A DNA stretch of 64,000 bases from Octopus sinensis (Eukaryota), in contig NC_042998.1 in the NCBI RefSeq assembly GCF_006345805.1, forward strand, positions 98,394,001 through 98,458,000, given 5' to 3'. The position numbers and the translations under genes were made by a program. Each line of letters opens with the position of its first letter. Position 1 is the first letter of the stretch. Under the pieces are notes generated by a model. The model did not search any database. It was not told the origin of the DNA and saw only the letters and a program-made list of their open reading frames with translations. This document shows positions 1 through 13,864 of this stretch, one piece after another.

Positions 1-259
1 AAAAAACAAAAAAGACCTGAGAACTAGTCTGGAAGCAGAAAGTGACTCAATAAGAGTTAAGAAATGAAGATCTTATATATAAAAAAAGATTGTTCAAGAA
101 AATGTTAAAACAGTGTTTGCTACTGGAAATTTGATAAAATGTTTTTATTGTTGCAAGATGCAAGATAACCAAGTACATGGAATAATGGAATATTCATTCC
201 TGGAAAGAAACCTGCCTTAATGTTATTGTTTTTGTTTTGTTTTATTTTTTTTATAAATG

Positions 260-475
260 GGATTGACAGAATCATGAGAGCATTGGACAAAATGCCTTGA
301 GGCATATTTAGTTACAGCTCTTTATGTTTGTAGTTCAAATCCCACAAAGGTCAACTTTGCCTTTCATCCTTCAGGGCTAGATAAAATAAAGTACCAGTAA
401 AGTACTGGGGGTTGATTTTAATCAACTAATCCCTCCCTACAAATATGTGGTTTTGTGCCTGTCTTAGAAATGGTT
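260..475 (+). mobile_element. Family A SINE, degraded
   Basis: Same core: GGTCAACTTTGCCTTTCATCC...AAGTACCAG. Confidence 0.6.
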
Positions 476-1596
476 AAAATTATTCTGAGAAAATAGAAAA
501 TTATTTTGACTTGACTGTCACTTTATTGTTTTTAATTCATAATTTAACAATTAAAATGCATCAATAAATATTAAGGATTGGTGCTTACAGGATGTGCTGT
601 ACTCATACAGGAAACATGAAGTAAATAGCTTGCATATAATGTTTGATATCGCAAACATTTACTTCATTTTTCATTCTTTATTTGGTGTGATTTTCAACTA
701 GGATAGGAGAATTTGAAGGAATATGTAAGCAGTCATCAGGATTGTAAATATTTTAACATAGTCAGTTTTTTTCTTCTTGGATGATGGTAAAATACATTGT
801 GGAAAAGGCTTGGCACCTCATACTAGGATCTTTTGGTTTATAATGTTATGGATTACAATTGCTCTCACTAATGTATGTTTGAATGTGCATGTTTATGTGT
901 ATTAATGAAATACAGTAGATATCTTTGCAGTAAATTCTACTGTCAAAATCATTTAAAATCCATATTTTACATTCCTTTTTCACTTCTAAATTTCATTTGC
1001 TCTAATCTGGAGCATAGTTCTAATCTACTTTAGAAATAATAATTCCTAATTTTGTGATCAGTCTCTTTAGAAATGTTGTCAGAGTAGTGGTGAGCAATAC
1101 ACTGTCTTTCACTTGCCTGATCAGATGGCTTGTTCTTATTTTCCTTTTGTTGGTGCCTCTTTCATTTCTGATTTTTTACCTCCTGTGCCTCTCTTTCTCT
1201 TTGCTTTTATTAGACTTCCTGAGTTTCTCTCTCTTTCTCTTACTTTTATATGATCCTATACTGATCCAAAGCTAAGTTCTTAATCCTTTTTTTGTGTGAA
1301 GATAACATTTTTTAATGTGTTTCATCAAACATCATCCATAGTAACAATAAAGAAAAGTGATGACAATGTGTCATATAAAATATTCAATATCATATGCTGC
1401 TGATTGCTTTTTAATTCACTTTTTTTAATACCCAATTTACTTTTAAATTCAATTTAGTGTGCTACTTGTTAACATCTATATTTTTTTAGTAGTTTTATTA
1501 ATATGTAAACATTTTTTTTAGTATGTGTGTATTTTGTATATGTATTTGTAGCCTGGGAAGGTTATTCTGCTAATAATAAGCACACACTGGTTCTAA

Positions 1597-2028
1597 TAGC
1601 ATGCTGGGTAAAATGCTTAGCGGTGTTTCATTTGTCTTTATGTTCCAAGTTCAAATTCCGTTGTGGTCGACTTTACCTTTCATCCTCTCGGGGTCAATAA
1701 AATAAGTACTAGTTGACCACTGGAGTTAATGTAATCGACTACCCCATCCCCCTAATTGCTGGTCTTGTGCCAAAGTTTGAAACCATTATTATTACTTAAG
1801 GCAGCATGCTGACAGAATTGTTAGAAACGCTGGGCAAAATGCTTAGTGGCATTTCATCTGTCCTTACATTCTGAGTTCAAATTCCGCCGAGGTCAGCTTT
1901 GCCTTTCATCCTTTGGGGGGTCAATAAAATAAGTACCAGTTGAGTGCTGGGTTTAATATAATCGACTTATCCCCTCCTCCAAATTTCAGGTCTTGTGCCT
2001 ATAGTACCAAGAATTATTATTATTATTA
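1597..2028 (+). mobile_element. Two tandem tRNA-derived SINEs (family A)
   Basis: B-box-like GAGTTCAAATTCC and conserved core CTTTGCCTTTCATCCT..GGGGTCAATAAAATAAGTACCAG; tails of (ATT)n. Confidence 0.75.
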
Positions 2029-5000
2029 GACTAATCAATTAACTAATTGACTGATTAACTAGTTGCACAATCAAACAAACAGACTGATGATAAAAGAAAT
2101 GAATTAGAACCAGTGTGTGTATGTGGTTATTTTTGGCATAATGACCTTCTTGAGATACAAAATTTGTTTAAATACATGAGTTCACATCAAGAATCTTGCA
2201 AACCAAATACAAAAACAAAATATATGTTCACGTGTGTGTATGTAAAATATCTAATAATGGAAAGAGAGATTTGATGTTATTTCAACAGATACAAAATGTT
2301 CTGTGAAATAACCTCTATACAATGGAAACAGTTACTATACCTATTAAAAGTGATTCTAGCAGTGGGTATGGTTACTATTTCTTAATACCTGACGGTTTAC
2401 TGCTGTGGTTGTTATTGTGAGTTGAATAATAAAGGAATTAACTCTATTTTTGACAAAGCCTTTGCCTTAAGTTAAAAATAGGGTCAAAGTAAAACAAAGT
2501 TGCTGTAGTGTTTGTTATTGCAATGTCTTGATGAATTCTGCAACAATATTGACAGTTTTAAATGTCTCAAAACCTACAATATATCAAAGCTTGTCTCATT
2601 ACAGCTAAGTACTACCATTATTCTACTATCTGCTATGTAATCATGATATCTATACATATAGATAGATTTTATACCAGTGGTGCAAAAAAGAATTTTGGTT
2701 TCTTAGCAGCAGAAAATATTCTGACATAACATTTTGACAATTGACTCAGTAACCATACCTATTGTAACTATCTCTGAAACAAAACCTTTGTTGAAGGCGG
2801 CTAATATAGAAAAAGAAAGGGGGAGTTAGAATATTACTGACTTCCCAGCAAGATATTGTTGTGATATTTATTATTGGTAAAAATTGCAACGATGGGAATA
2901 ATTTTTAAATGTATGAAAATCTACAGCTTAGAATCTGAGCAATTATGGCTGCATGCTACCATTATTGTTCAACTAATTGTAAAACCAAGGTTTTTATATT
3001 GTAAATATACAGCTTAATATATTTACTGTGACTAACAGTTACTCATTTCTGAGTTTATGCCACAATTTTCTTGACAACTTAACTGTATAACAAAGACTAA
3101 TCTCTCAACATGGTTTCTGCATTTTTACATTAAAAGGAAGGGAGTCAATTCCAAAAGAAATTACCATGTTTATTAAAGTAAGAAAAAATAAAGGTTCTTG
3201 TAAAAACAAATGCAAACAAATGTTATTGCTACTTCAATTATAGTCTTGTTGTGGTAATTAACATGCCGATCAACAGTGTGATAAAATTCAAGGCTGAGTG
3301 TCCTCAAACTGATCTTGTTAAAATTTTACAAAGATAGGACAAAACAAACCATGCAAAGAGAAGAAAAGGACTAAACTGTCTGCAGTTACCAGAAATAGAG
3401 TAGCCTCAGATTAAGCTGATAAGTAACTCGATTATAATAATAATAATAATAATAATTGTGTACAGTGCTCAGGTGCACTACAACTATGTTGGAAAACTTA
3501 TCTGAATACATAGTAATATTTGAGGTTGCACTAGATGACCAAGTAACTGTCTTAATCTTTGGAAATTTGGGTTTATTTGTCTGTGTTAGGTTTATGTAGA
3601 TCCTTCAAAGCAGTAACTACTCTGTCTTTTAAATTATGTCATTCAGATTACTTGTACATGATAGAATACTAGAATTACCAATTTATTTGTCTTTTAAATG
3701 ATAAAGATGGCATTATGTAAGGATTTTGTATTTTCTAAATTTTCAGGAATTTTTAGTTTAACATGCATTTTTTCAAGTGGACCAATAATAATGCAAGTGT
3801 GTATATTTTCAGTTTATACTTCTGAGCAATTTTAAATGAAGTTAATTTATTAAGAGTTACGTTAATCAGAGATTAGTGCAATTATGTAACAATTTGGTTT
3901 GGTTTTTATTTCTCCTAAAAGACAACTAACTGTGTGTATGTGTCTATGACTGTGATTTGTGTATAAACTGATAGTTATAATAATATGAATCAAAATGTAA
4001 CTGTGTAGGGGTTTAGTTTGATGAAACTATTTCATAGATTTCATTAATTTATTTATTAACTTTTTTATTATCTTTCATATCTACATGCTTCATTTTTGTT
4101 TAAAATGTAAACACAAATATTATTTATTATTCATCATGTCCTCTTTTATTTTATATTCTTCTACACAGTAACATTTTGTATTTACTAAAAAAAAATTTCT
4201 TTATGCTCATCCTCTGTCATTTAGATATCAATGTTTCGTATGGTTTAATTGCATATCTTTCTTGGTGGGAGGGTGGGCCTGTTGCATAGGGATAAAGTAA
4301 AGAATCCATACCCAAATGATGAGTCGGGCAGATTTCCTTTTGATGTCTTATTTATAAAAAGATCCTCCCTTTTTTTTTTTATCTTACAAAAATTTTGATT
4401 TATTTCTATAATAATTGTAACCTGCAATCTACCACCCCATAATTCTTCTTTGACTGAAAAGAATGTTCATTTCTGTTTTGCTTTCTTAATGCACATCAAC
4501 TCCAAGCTTTAGCTAGTAACAGATTTGTGATGCTGACTGTTTAGTTCTTTGATTTACTGACGAAAACTGGTTGGCATTATGGATCAGTCGCAATTTTTCA
4601 ATGCAGCCCTACCAACTTTTGCTACATTTTGATATCAATAAATGATGTTCTTTATAGATGTCTCCAATCTCTCGCCTGCATATTGTATGATGCTATATAT
4701 ACATTTCTTTTACTTTTCTTTTTTTACCTTCTTATAATGTTATATATATATATGTGTGTGTGTAAATATTTCAGCCACAATTGTATCTGATCCATTTTTG
4801 TTTGCTTATGTTCAAGTTGGAGAGGTCTCTGTTTCAATTGTATATAGGTATAACTTATTGACTTTTCATATGAAAAGATTCTTGTTATTACTGTTGTTGT
4901 TGTTGCCAATGATTTTTTTATCAATAAATCAGAGAAGAAAAAAAGTTCTGCATTGTTTATAATTTTCAACTTCCTCATCACCTGTCTCAGCTAATTATAT

Positions 5001-5037
5001 TTATTTTATCAGTTTCTTAAAATCTTTGGTTCACCTA

Positions 5038-5095
<58 letters not shown>

Positions 5096-6206
5096 ATATA
5101 TTTTATAAAAAATTTTGAAGTAGTATTTTCTATATTTGCTTTTTTCATTTTCTAAATTGGTGAATGTGTATATGTGCTTGCAAATGTGTATGTGTGTGTA
5201 GGCGAGTGCGTGCAGGATGCTGAATGGATAGGTAAAGCGATATACCTACAAGCATACATACATACCTCAAACTAAGTACCATTATCAAGTACAATGCAAT
5301 CATCTTACTTATATGCTTTTCTATTTACTCATTTCAACACAGTCTCTTCATGATAGTTTGTGTTGGTGGAGAAACAGCTTTATTGTTGTAATTGCTTTTT
5401 ACTTTTTTCTCTTATTTTTGTATTTTCTATTTCTTTGTGAACATCCCTATATCTATTACAATATTTGGCATATTAAGATTTTCTTCAACTTGAGAGAGTT
5501 TTTAACAAATTTGATTATTGCATTATTATTTTAGCAAGTTTACTCTGCTTTTTCACCAATTACTATTTCTCTCTAAAAGTTTCAACAATGTCTAAATTTT
5601 GCCAAATATAAAGTTGTCCTCCTCCCCTTTCCTCATCTATATCTCTGCTTTCAGCACCTTTGCTTTCTCTGTCACATTTTTTGTCTCTCCTCACCTCTTT
5701 TTATCTCTTTCTCTCTCTTTCTTCACTTGCTTAATTTTATCTATTCTCTTCTTCTTTCGTCTGCTTTGTCTCCTTTCTACTACAGCTACTGAAGGATATG
5801 TTTATTGCCTGTTGATATGTCTTTTTTTTTTTGTTTAACATTAAACTTTCATTTTGTAAAAATCCCTGATTGAAAAGAATTGTTATAAAATAAACTGATC
5901 ATATATTTTTAATAATCTTGAACCATGCCAAATTAGTCTAATTTTCAACAAATAGTTTCTCCCTCTTTTTTGAGCCTTGTCATAAAGTTTGAATTTGATT
6001 CTATTATATTTGAAATTAATTATAATAATAAAACTGAAGCCCATTCTAATTTAAACATAGATATTTAATACAGTCTAGGGAATGATTTATATATAATCAC
6101 AGAAGCCCAAAAAGCTAGTAGTGTTCTGTATTGACAAGAATTAGTTCACCAAAAAGCAAATAGCGAAATATACTTTCAGATTACTACCATATATTACTTT
6201 CTGAAC

Positions 6207-6239
<33 letters not shown>

Positions 6240-7689
6240 TGAAAAAGGAATGCTCACCACCAGAAAGGTGGATAATATATTTTTTAATGGAATTTTAATT
6301 AATAGCCTTCTACTAATGGAACCATACTAGCAAACGAGCCAGTTGTCAGTCATCTACAAAACATGAATGACATTCCTGCTGCCATGGCATGCTGGCAGAA
6401 AGTCATTTGTGTTTCTTAGTTGAATAATTATTAGCTTATTTGCCAGTATAAAATCATTGCTACTAAGCCATAAATTAAAATTCTATTAATGTATGTGTGA
6501 GAGAAAGACAGAGAAAGTGAGACTGACTGACTTAAGCCACATTTTTGTGAGTGGCTGCTGACAGGACCCAGGAATGAGTTATGCAACATTGTCATGTATG
6601 TTATGATGGTTGTTTCTCCCTCCATCCTCTATTCTTCTTTCTTACATTCTATCTCAAAATTCTATATTTTTTAACTTCCTATTAAAATACATATTAAATA
6701 TTTTTAATGTTCCCAAAATAGTGTTTTAAACTAAGCAATAATGGCAATTAAAAAAAAAAATTGTATACATTTTAGATTGATTAGAAGTATCATTCTTGTA
6801 CTTGAAATTTTTATTTTATTTCAGTCTCTTTCCTTTGTCATAAAGGGAATTTAAGCAAATTTACATGATAATTGAGCAAAATGTTCAAAATTCTTCATTG
6901 CATAGATTTTAGAAAATTTTTCATTTGTTGATAGAAATATTTTTTTTATACATATAATCACATTTTCAAAAACCTAATCTGCTTCTGCCCTCCTATTTAT
7001 TTATCTGGAATCCCAGTAAATATAAGAAAACTCATGGCATGGAACATATTGAAGCCATTTCTTGTCTTGTCTTGTTACATCTAAGGTTTGAAGACATGAA
7101 TGCTAACATATGGAGTGTACAGGGAAGGGGTTGAAATAATATTCTGCTCTGTAATCATGTCACTCTTTGAAAATACATGTTAAGATTGATTTAAATTTTC
7201 CATCTTGTTCTATTTGCCCAAAGGAATATCAAATCAAATTCCTTAACATTTCCATGTCAATTTTGAATTAGAAATATTTTGTAACACTTGTTAAAAAACT
7301 GTTGCCTCTCTCTCTCATATTAAATCTAAAATAATTGGAAATATATTTAGTTGTTTCAATATTCAAGTGTTTATTGTTGTTTTTTTAGTTGTTCTTAAAA
7401 TGTGTTCATAAAATAGTTGATTTGCTGGACCTATGGCCCACTTCATATGGTCAACTCCTGCTTAATGCATTGTTTGAGGATGTGATAATACAAGTCTCAT
7501 AAAAGAACATTTCTAGTGCTTTTATGATAAAAACTGAACTTGCATGAATACAGCATATCTGAGACTGAAAGAGCATTCAATTGAAAATCCATATGCAATA
7601 CAAAGCCAAAGCTGCTACTAACTGCATCAAGAAATCCAACAAAAATAATTGAATTTGTGGAACCAATTAACATTCATTAATACTTTTAC

Positions 7690-8030
7690 CATTTACTTGT
7701 ATCAGTCGTTAAACTTTGGCCATGCTGGGACACTGCCTTGGGGAATTTTAGTTGAATTAATTCACCCCAGTACTTACTTTTTTTCTTTTAAGTCTGGTAC
7801 TTATTCTGTCAGTCTATTTTGCTGAACTGCTAAGTTATAGGGACATAAACACACCAACTCTGATCATCAAGCAGTGGTGGAGGACAAAGACACACACACA
7901 TAGATATACACAACAGGCTTCTTTCAGTTTCTGTCTACCAAATCTACTCACAAGGCATTGGTCAGCCCAAGACTAGAGTAGAAGATACATATGCCCAAGG
8001 TACCACACAGCGGTTTGAGAAGCAAACTTA
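7690..8030 (-). mobile_element. tRNA-derived SINE (family B)
   Basis: TTTCAGTTTCTGTCTACCAAATC.ACTCACAAGGC motif shared with the copies at 18570, 27008 and 48180. Confidence 0.7.
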
Positions 8031-8044
8031 GATTACGGTATGAG

Positions 8045-8434
8045 TACCGTTACTGTCAAACTGGCGCACGTGCGTTTGTTTACATTTGAAGAAGATCGTC
8101 GCTTTCCGTAAAATAATTTTTTTTTTATATGTGGGGTGGGGGGAAGGGTATCTTTTCAAGTCGGCGTAAAAGCGAGACAGCGCGATTGGATCGGAAAAGT
8201 TCTTTTGAAGTTGGCATTCCGTCTGTGTGAGTGCTACTATTTTGTTCCTGCTGCTGACTTTTTCTTTCTCACGGTTTATTTTTTATGTTTATATTATTTG
8301 TTTTGAAATGTATTATATAAATACAGACCCGAAATTCAATTCCTGTTAGTATGAATCAGGAAGCTCTTGGATGCAGAGACGTTTGGAACTTAAAATCTTT
8401 CATTTTATTTTCGTTTTGCATACACACACACACA

Positions 8435-8474
<40 letters not shown>

Positions 8475-8790
8475 CGACATACAAGCACAGTCAGAATTTT
8501 ACGCGTGTACACACATAAACCGACTCACAGTCAATTTTGCACACAAACACAGACTCAAAAGCACAATCTCCCTCTCTCTCTCGCACACACGCACATCAAT
8601 TCTTCCGATTCACGCCAACTTCAAAAGAACTTCCCTCATACAATCGCGCGCTTCTGTCTTTCGCTTTCACGCCGACTTCAAAAGATCCCATTTCCCCCCA
8701 ACCCCATATGTAAAAAAATTTTTTTTTAATTTTACGGAAATCGACGAGAATCTTCAAAAATGTAAATGAACACACGTGGTTTGTAACTAG
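8045..8790. mobile_element. Foldback / MITE-like element with ~180-bp imperfect inverted arms and an internal (CA)n
   Basis: 8060-8215 is the reverse complement of about 8612-8780 (GCCAACTTCAAAAGAAC, CGCCGACTT.AAAAGAT, TTTTACGGAAA.CGACG). Confidence 0.7.
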
Positions 8791-11299
8791 CAGTCATGTG
8801 TTCTTGTAACGAAAGATCGCCGTCCTTTGTCTAAAATACTTCCTAGAGTAGATTGAAGAATTAGCTAAGAAATTTAAAATACTTGTCACTCTTGTCGACA
8901 AGAAAATGCTTTTTATCACATGCTGTCTCGTAAACTAAGGGAGAGCACTCCAGTTATATTTGTACTACTGTTAAAACTTGAATTTGAATTAAATAAAAAT
9001 AACATTGAGCAAAATCTTGCGTGTCAGATTTCTATAATTTCATGAGTATTGGTTTGAAAACACCTGTGAATTACTCACGAATAATCTTAACCTCAAAAAA
9101 AAAATTTTTTAAATAAAAATAAACATCAAAGGTTAAATATGTTGAAGTGACTTCTTTTGAAAAGACACAAGAACAGTTATTTTTTTTTGCAGGCAAATAA
9201 ATTGTTTACATCCTCTGTCATCTAGGAAACATGCAATCGCTCGAACTGCCAAATCTTATTGAAATCGCACTCTACAGTCATTTTAAAAATGGACACATTA
9301 GATAATATACTCTTAGGTATACCGTGTTTGAATAAAAGATCGAATGAACAATGCTGGTGTGCTTGCAAACGTACATTTGTTTGATCAAGGCTGAACTGAA
9401 GGCTAAACAACAATCTCTTAAAGAGTCGATCTCCCTGCTAGAAATTGCAGCTTAATATCCTTCAAATCACAATTTATAAAAGGAATACATTGGATCTAAC
9501 ACACATGCTGTCTGCAAAACAGAAGCGATGGTCACTGCTGGAGTGTCTTATAATCATGAGTCTACTTGTTCAGAGCTGGTCTGGGGCTAAACGACATACA
9601 TACACAACATCAAAGAAATAGCAGCTAAATTTTCCGCAGATCAAACCATTACTGTCTTTAAAAGAACATCACGTTTCATAATATGATCCTAGATACATTG
9701 TATTCAAAAATATCAAAGCGTAATATCTTTTGTTCTTGATTCTGCTTGATCAAAACTGATCTAAAGTCGTTTAGATAACAACCACCATATTTCGGTTTAA
9801 CCCTTAACGCACCGCATAAGACCCTATCGGTTCATGCAACGGAGGGAGTTTAACGTGCTTAGTAATAAGAACCTAAATGACAAATTTGTCGCATATTGAG
9901 TGCATCATGTTATAGGCGCACACACAGCACGAAGAAAATTCATGTCGAGTATTAAAGAGTTATTTCCCCTGAAATTTCTGAAATTATGCATTGTTTATAA
10001 ATATTTTTTTTTAATTATCAAACTGCTAGAGAACACACTTCACAAATGTAAATGTACAATAATTGTAAAAGTGAGTAAAAACAAGATATAAAAAATAAAA
10101 AGGCATCCACACTCCCCCAAAGCATATTTGTGTTCGTAGTCGTGCCAGTGTACAGACAAATATCTAAAAAGTATTTTCCTTTTAATCCATTACCTGAGTT
10201 ACTTATAATATGTGTGCTTGTGTAGCTGTTAATGTTGTTTATCCCCACTAAGTTAGTCCCAATTGAGGCGTTCCGGTCATAATTATCCTATTGTAAATAT
10301 ATGGTGGCTTCATGCAGGTATGACATGGATTCGATCCTCAATCGCCAAAGTTCAGTTACGAGTTCAACAGCACTTTTCTCGTGGTAAAACAACAGGTTTT
10401 CTGTGAGTGACAGCAGTTACATTTGCCAGATGCCTTCGTTAAGCAGAATAATGTCTTTGACACTTGACTCTTCTAACCTCTTCTAGGCTACCAAAATTTA
10501 GAATTGAATTGAGATAACAGGTACCACCAACGAAATCTATTGTTCTCAACAATATGTTTATCTTTCTAACTAGTTTTGGATAGTGATAAATGGTAGAATT
10601 TGGTAAGGCAAAGTCAGTGAACAGAGACCAACTACAGTCATGGCCACAAGCAGGCAGCCACTAAGAATTTGTGTGGAAGACTAAAATGCAAGGACTCGTG
10701 ATGGGATCCTTCATCTCTGGCCCTGGTTTGCTACAATTCTTCAGATATCATCTGAAGAGCAAGATAGGGCTGGAGAAGAGGATCCTGTCATGAAGTGTGT
10801 TTGAGGAAAGATGGAAGGCTGTGTTAAGAAAGGTGGGTGCAAGTAACCCTACTTAATCTGCACTGGGAAAAAAAGGAAAGGGGTAGTCACTGGGCCTTTG
10901 AGGCAACCTGGTATAATCCCTTTCCCAAAAGGAAAAAGATTTTAAATTAAATCTAATTATTTCATAAGAATTTTAAAAAAAAACAAAGCATCATTTGAAC
11001 TCATTATAACATTTTTTTTTGTTTGTATTGTCCTGTATTGTACCATCTGTGTATGACATTTTTTGTCCTAATAAAAAATTCAGCTATCAAGCCATGCTAC
11101 TCTAGATGGGTGATGAGCAATGACTCTGAAACTAGTTTCTGGATGCTGGATTGCTGGGTGGAAGTGCTTCCACTTTGAAAACATTAGGACACACGAAATG
11201 TGTCAAGTCCAACAGGAAACGGTGTTTCCTGGGGCTAAATAACAGTAGTATTCTTCCCTTTTATGGGTCTGTCACATTAAGTCGTCAACATACTATCAC

Positions 11300-11598
11300 T
11301 TTACCAGATCACATATCACCAAGTCACTCAGGAAAAGAGTATGGCATTAAATATGAAAGTTTTGCTTCATCCTCCGTACTCTCATGACATTGCTTCACCT
11401 GGCTATCATCTTTTCAGATCTTTACAACATTATTTAGAGTGAAAACAGTTTATTAATTATGAAGAGGTTAAAAACAATATTGAGTGTTTCTGTGCTTCTA
11501 AACCTGAGCCTGAAGAATTTTATGCCCAGGGAATTAACAATTTGCCAAACATATGGGATTATGTTATCAATAATGAGGGAAAATATTATCATGATTAA
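11300..11598 (+). mobile_element. Mariner transposase C-terminal remnant
   Basis: Frame absent from the ORF track: KVLLHPPYSHDIASPGYHLFRSLQHYLE*KQFINYEEVKNNIECFCASKP..FYAQGINNLPNIWDYVINNEGKYYHD*. Resembles the mariner HPPYSPDLAPSDYHLF motif; has an in-frame stop. Confidence 0.85.
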
Positions 11599-11861
11599 AT
11601 TTATTGAGACCAAAGAAACAGTTTCTTTCCTATCTTGAAATGCGATGGGATTTTCTTTCCAAATTTGTGTGTGTGTACTGATGATGATATGTATATTACA
11701 CTCACACACATACACACACATTATACTGTATACATTATATACACTATATATGTTATATGCGTTATGTATATATATATAGTTTTAAAATTCATATTTTCTG
11801 ACTTGTACCTGCTACCATTGGTTTCACACACACATGTACGATCTTCAGATGATGATGAGGA

Positions 11862-11905
<44 letters not shown>

Positions 11906-12067
11906 TTTATTAATAAAGCTGCAAAAACATCGCAAAAACTGTTACTCAGAATTTCGTGTTCCCGTTTGTTGGTGGTTCTCCAGCATGACCACAACTGCAT
12001 GGTTGAAAGGAATAAAAGAATAAAAGGATATATATATATAAATCATCATCATTATCATCATCATCAC

Positions 12068-12295
12068 CATTACCTATTTCTTTACTACCCACAAGGGGCT
12101 AAACACAGAGAGGACAAACAGATTAAGTCGATTATATCGACCCCAGTGCGCAACTGGTACTTATTTAATCGACCCCGAAAGGATGAAAAGCAAAGTCGAC
12201 CTTGGCGGAATTTGAACTCAGAACGTAGCGGCAGACGAAATTCCGTTAAGCATTTAGCCCGGCGTGCTAACTATTCCGCCAGCTCACCGCCTTAA
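12068..12295 (-). mobile_element. Family A SINE, young full-length copy
   Basis: CpG-intact copy; minus strand begins GGCGGTGAGCTGGCGGAATAGTTAGCACG. Confidence 0.8.
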
Positions 12296-12296
12296 C

Positions 12297-13500
12297 ATCA
12301 TCACCATTACCATTTAATTTTCGCTCTCCATGCTGGCATGGGTTGGACAGTTTGACAGAAGCTGACCAGCTGAACAGCTGCCGAGACTCCATGTCTGTTT
12401 TGGCATGGTTTCTACAAACCAGTGCCCTTCCTAACACCAACCACATTACAGAATATATTGGGTGCTTTTTTGCAGTACCAGCATGGATGCTTTTACATGG
12501 CACCAGCACAGGTGCTTTTTATATGGCACCAGCACCTATGAGCCCACAAGATTAGGATTGCTCAGCTGAAGAGGGATGCAGAGAACGTGCCTGTATGCAA
12601 GGTCAACCACAATTTTAATTAGCTTGATGTGTCTTCTCAAATACAGCAAACCACCAGAAGTCTCTGCCCTTGTTATCTCTGTTAGGCCCGACATCTGCAG
12701 ATCCTTTCTCACCGCTTCGTCCCATATCTTCCTGGGTCTACCCCTTTCACACATTCCCACCACAATTAGAGATCAGCATTTTTTAATGCAGCTGTTCTTA
12801 TCCCTACACATTACATAACTGTAACAGTGCAGTCTTCTCTCTTGCACACTACATCTGATGCCTTATACCCCAGATTTTCTTTCAAATAACTTATACTCTG
12901 TTGTACAACCACCAACATTACTCATTCAGCAGAACATAACGGTTTCATTTCTTTCAAGCCTTTGCATAGCCTCAGTAGTCATAGCCTGTGTCTATTTGCC
13001 ATATAGCATAGCTGTTCATACACGGGCATCTTACAATCTGCCATTCAGTCTGGGGGTGAGGCCCTTTGATACTAACAGAGGTAGTAATCCTCTGAACTTT
13101 GCCCAGCCTGTTCTTATTCTAGCAGCTATGCTTTTGGAACAACTTCTACCACTGTGAAACTGGTCACCTAAGTAATGAATACTGCCTACTACATTCAAGG
13201 ATTCTTCCTGAGGTTTGAGGGAGTCTATTTATTGTACATTCCTAGTGTTTAATGTACCTGCACATCTATCACATGTAAAGAAAACTTTCTCTGTTAGTCT
13301 TCCAGTGACGCTGCTGTACCTCTTATGTGTCCATAGCATGTACTGGTACACTATATGGTGTTTCTCCCGACACATTTTCTGCATATCATGCAGGGCCATC
13401 ATCCTGAAGGGTTCTGTGATTTGTTTGTTCACACACACACACACACACAACACCCTAATCATATTTAGTGACACTTGCAGCTTTCCTTTTTGGTAAAACA
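12297..13500 (-). mobile_element. Decayed RTE-clade LINE 3' portion with 3' UTR and (GAT)n-type tail
   Basis: Minus frame reads RIRTGWAKFRGLLPLL...TAMLYG...GMCERGRPRKIWDEAVRKDL with stops, and runs into the tail that recurs elsewhere in the window. Confidence 0.8.
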
Positions 13501-13632
13501 TTGCACACTGCTGTCTATATTAATTTTATGTATACACATTAGCAATTCACTAAATCATCCATAAATTTTTATGATGAAAATATATACTGACAGAGAATTC
13601 GGTCCATAATCTGCCGAAATTGAGCAATGTTC

Positions 13633-13679
13633 TTACTGATGAAGCAACGGAAATTGCTGAAATTGATTGTTCAATATAG
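13633..13679 (+). ncRNA. Candidate solitary type I hammerhead ribozyme
   Basis: TTA-CTGATGA-AGCAA(cggaaa)TTGCT-GAA-ATTGA(ttgt)TCAAT-A-TAG. Canonical core, 5-bp stem II, 5-bp stem III, only a 3-bp stem I. Confidence 0.55.
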
Positions 13680-13864
13680 CAAATTCTCAATCAGTGTTTT
13701 TGGGTGATTATAGTTCCTGTCAGTATATATGCATTCAATTACGTGCTTTGACTACAGCATTAGAGCATTTTAGCTCTTATTTCTAGTTATGTAATTATTG
13801 CTAACACCCTAGTTATATTTAGTGACACTTATAGTTTTCGTCTGTATTGATTTTATATATACAT

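Noticed and set aside
2-67. Possible terminal coding exon (KNKKDLRTSLEAESDSIRVKK*)
   Set aside because: Too short and cut by the window edge; no recognisable family.
2080-2110. Other CTGATGA hits (2085, 11679, 14790, 28267, 39405 and minus-strand equivalents)
   Set aside because: No paired stem II followed by GAAA; expected by chance.
8040-8330. CpG-rich stretch as a gene promoter
   Set aside because: Explained as one arm of an inverted-repeat element; no adjacent exon found.
9797-9962. piggyBac-like MITE (TTAACCCTT...TTAAAGAGTTA)
   Set aside because: The right end is too degenerate to call with confidence.
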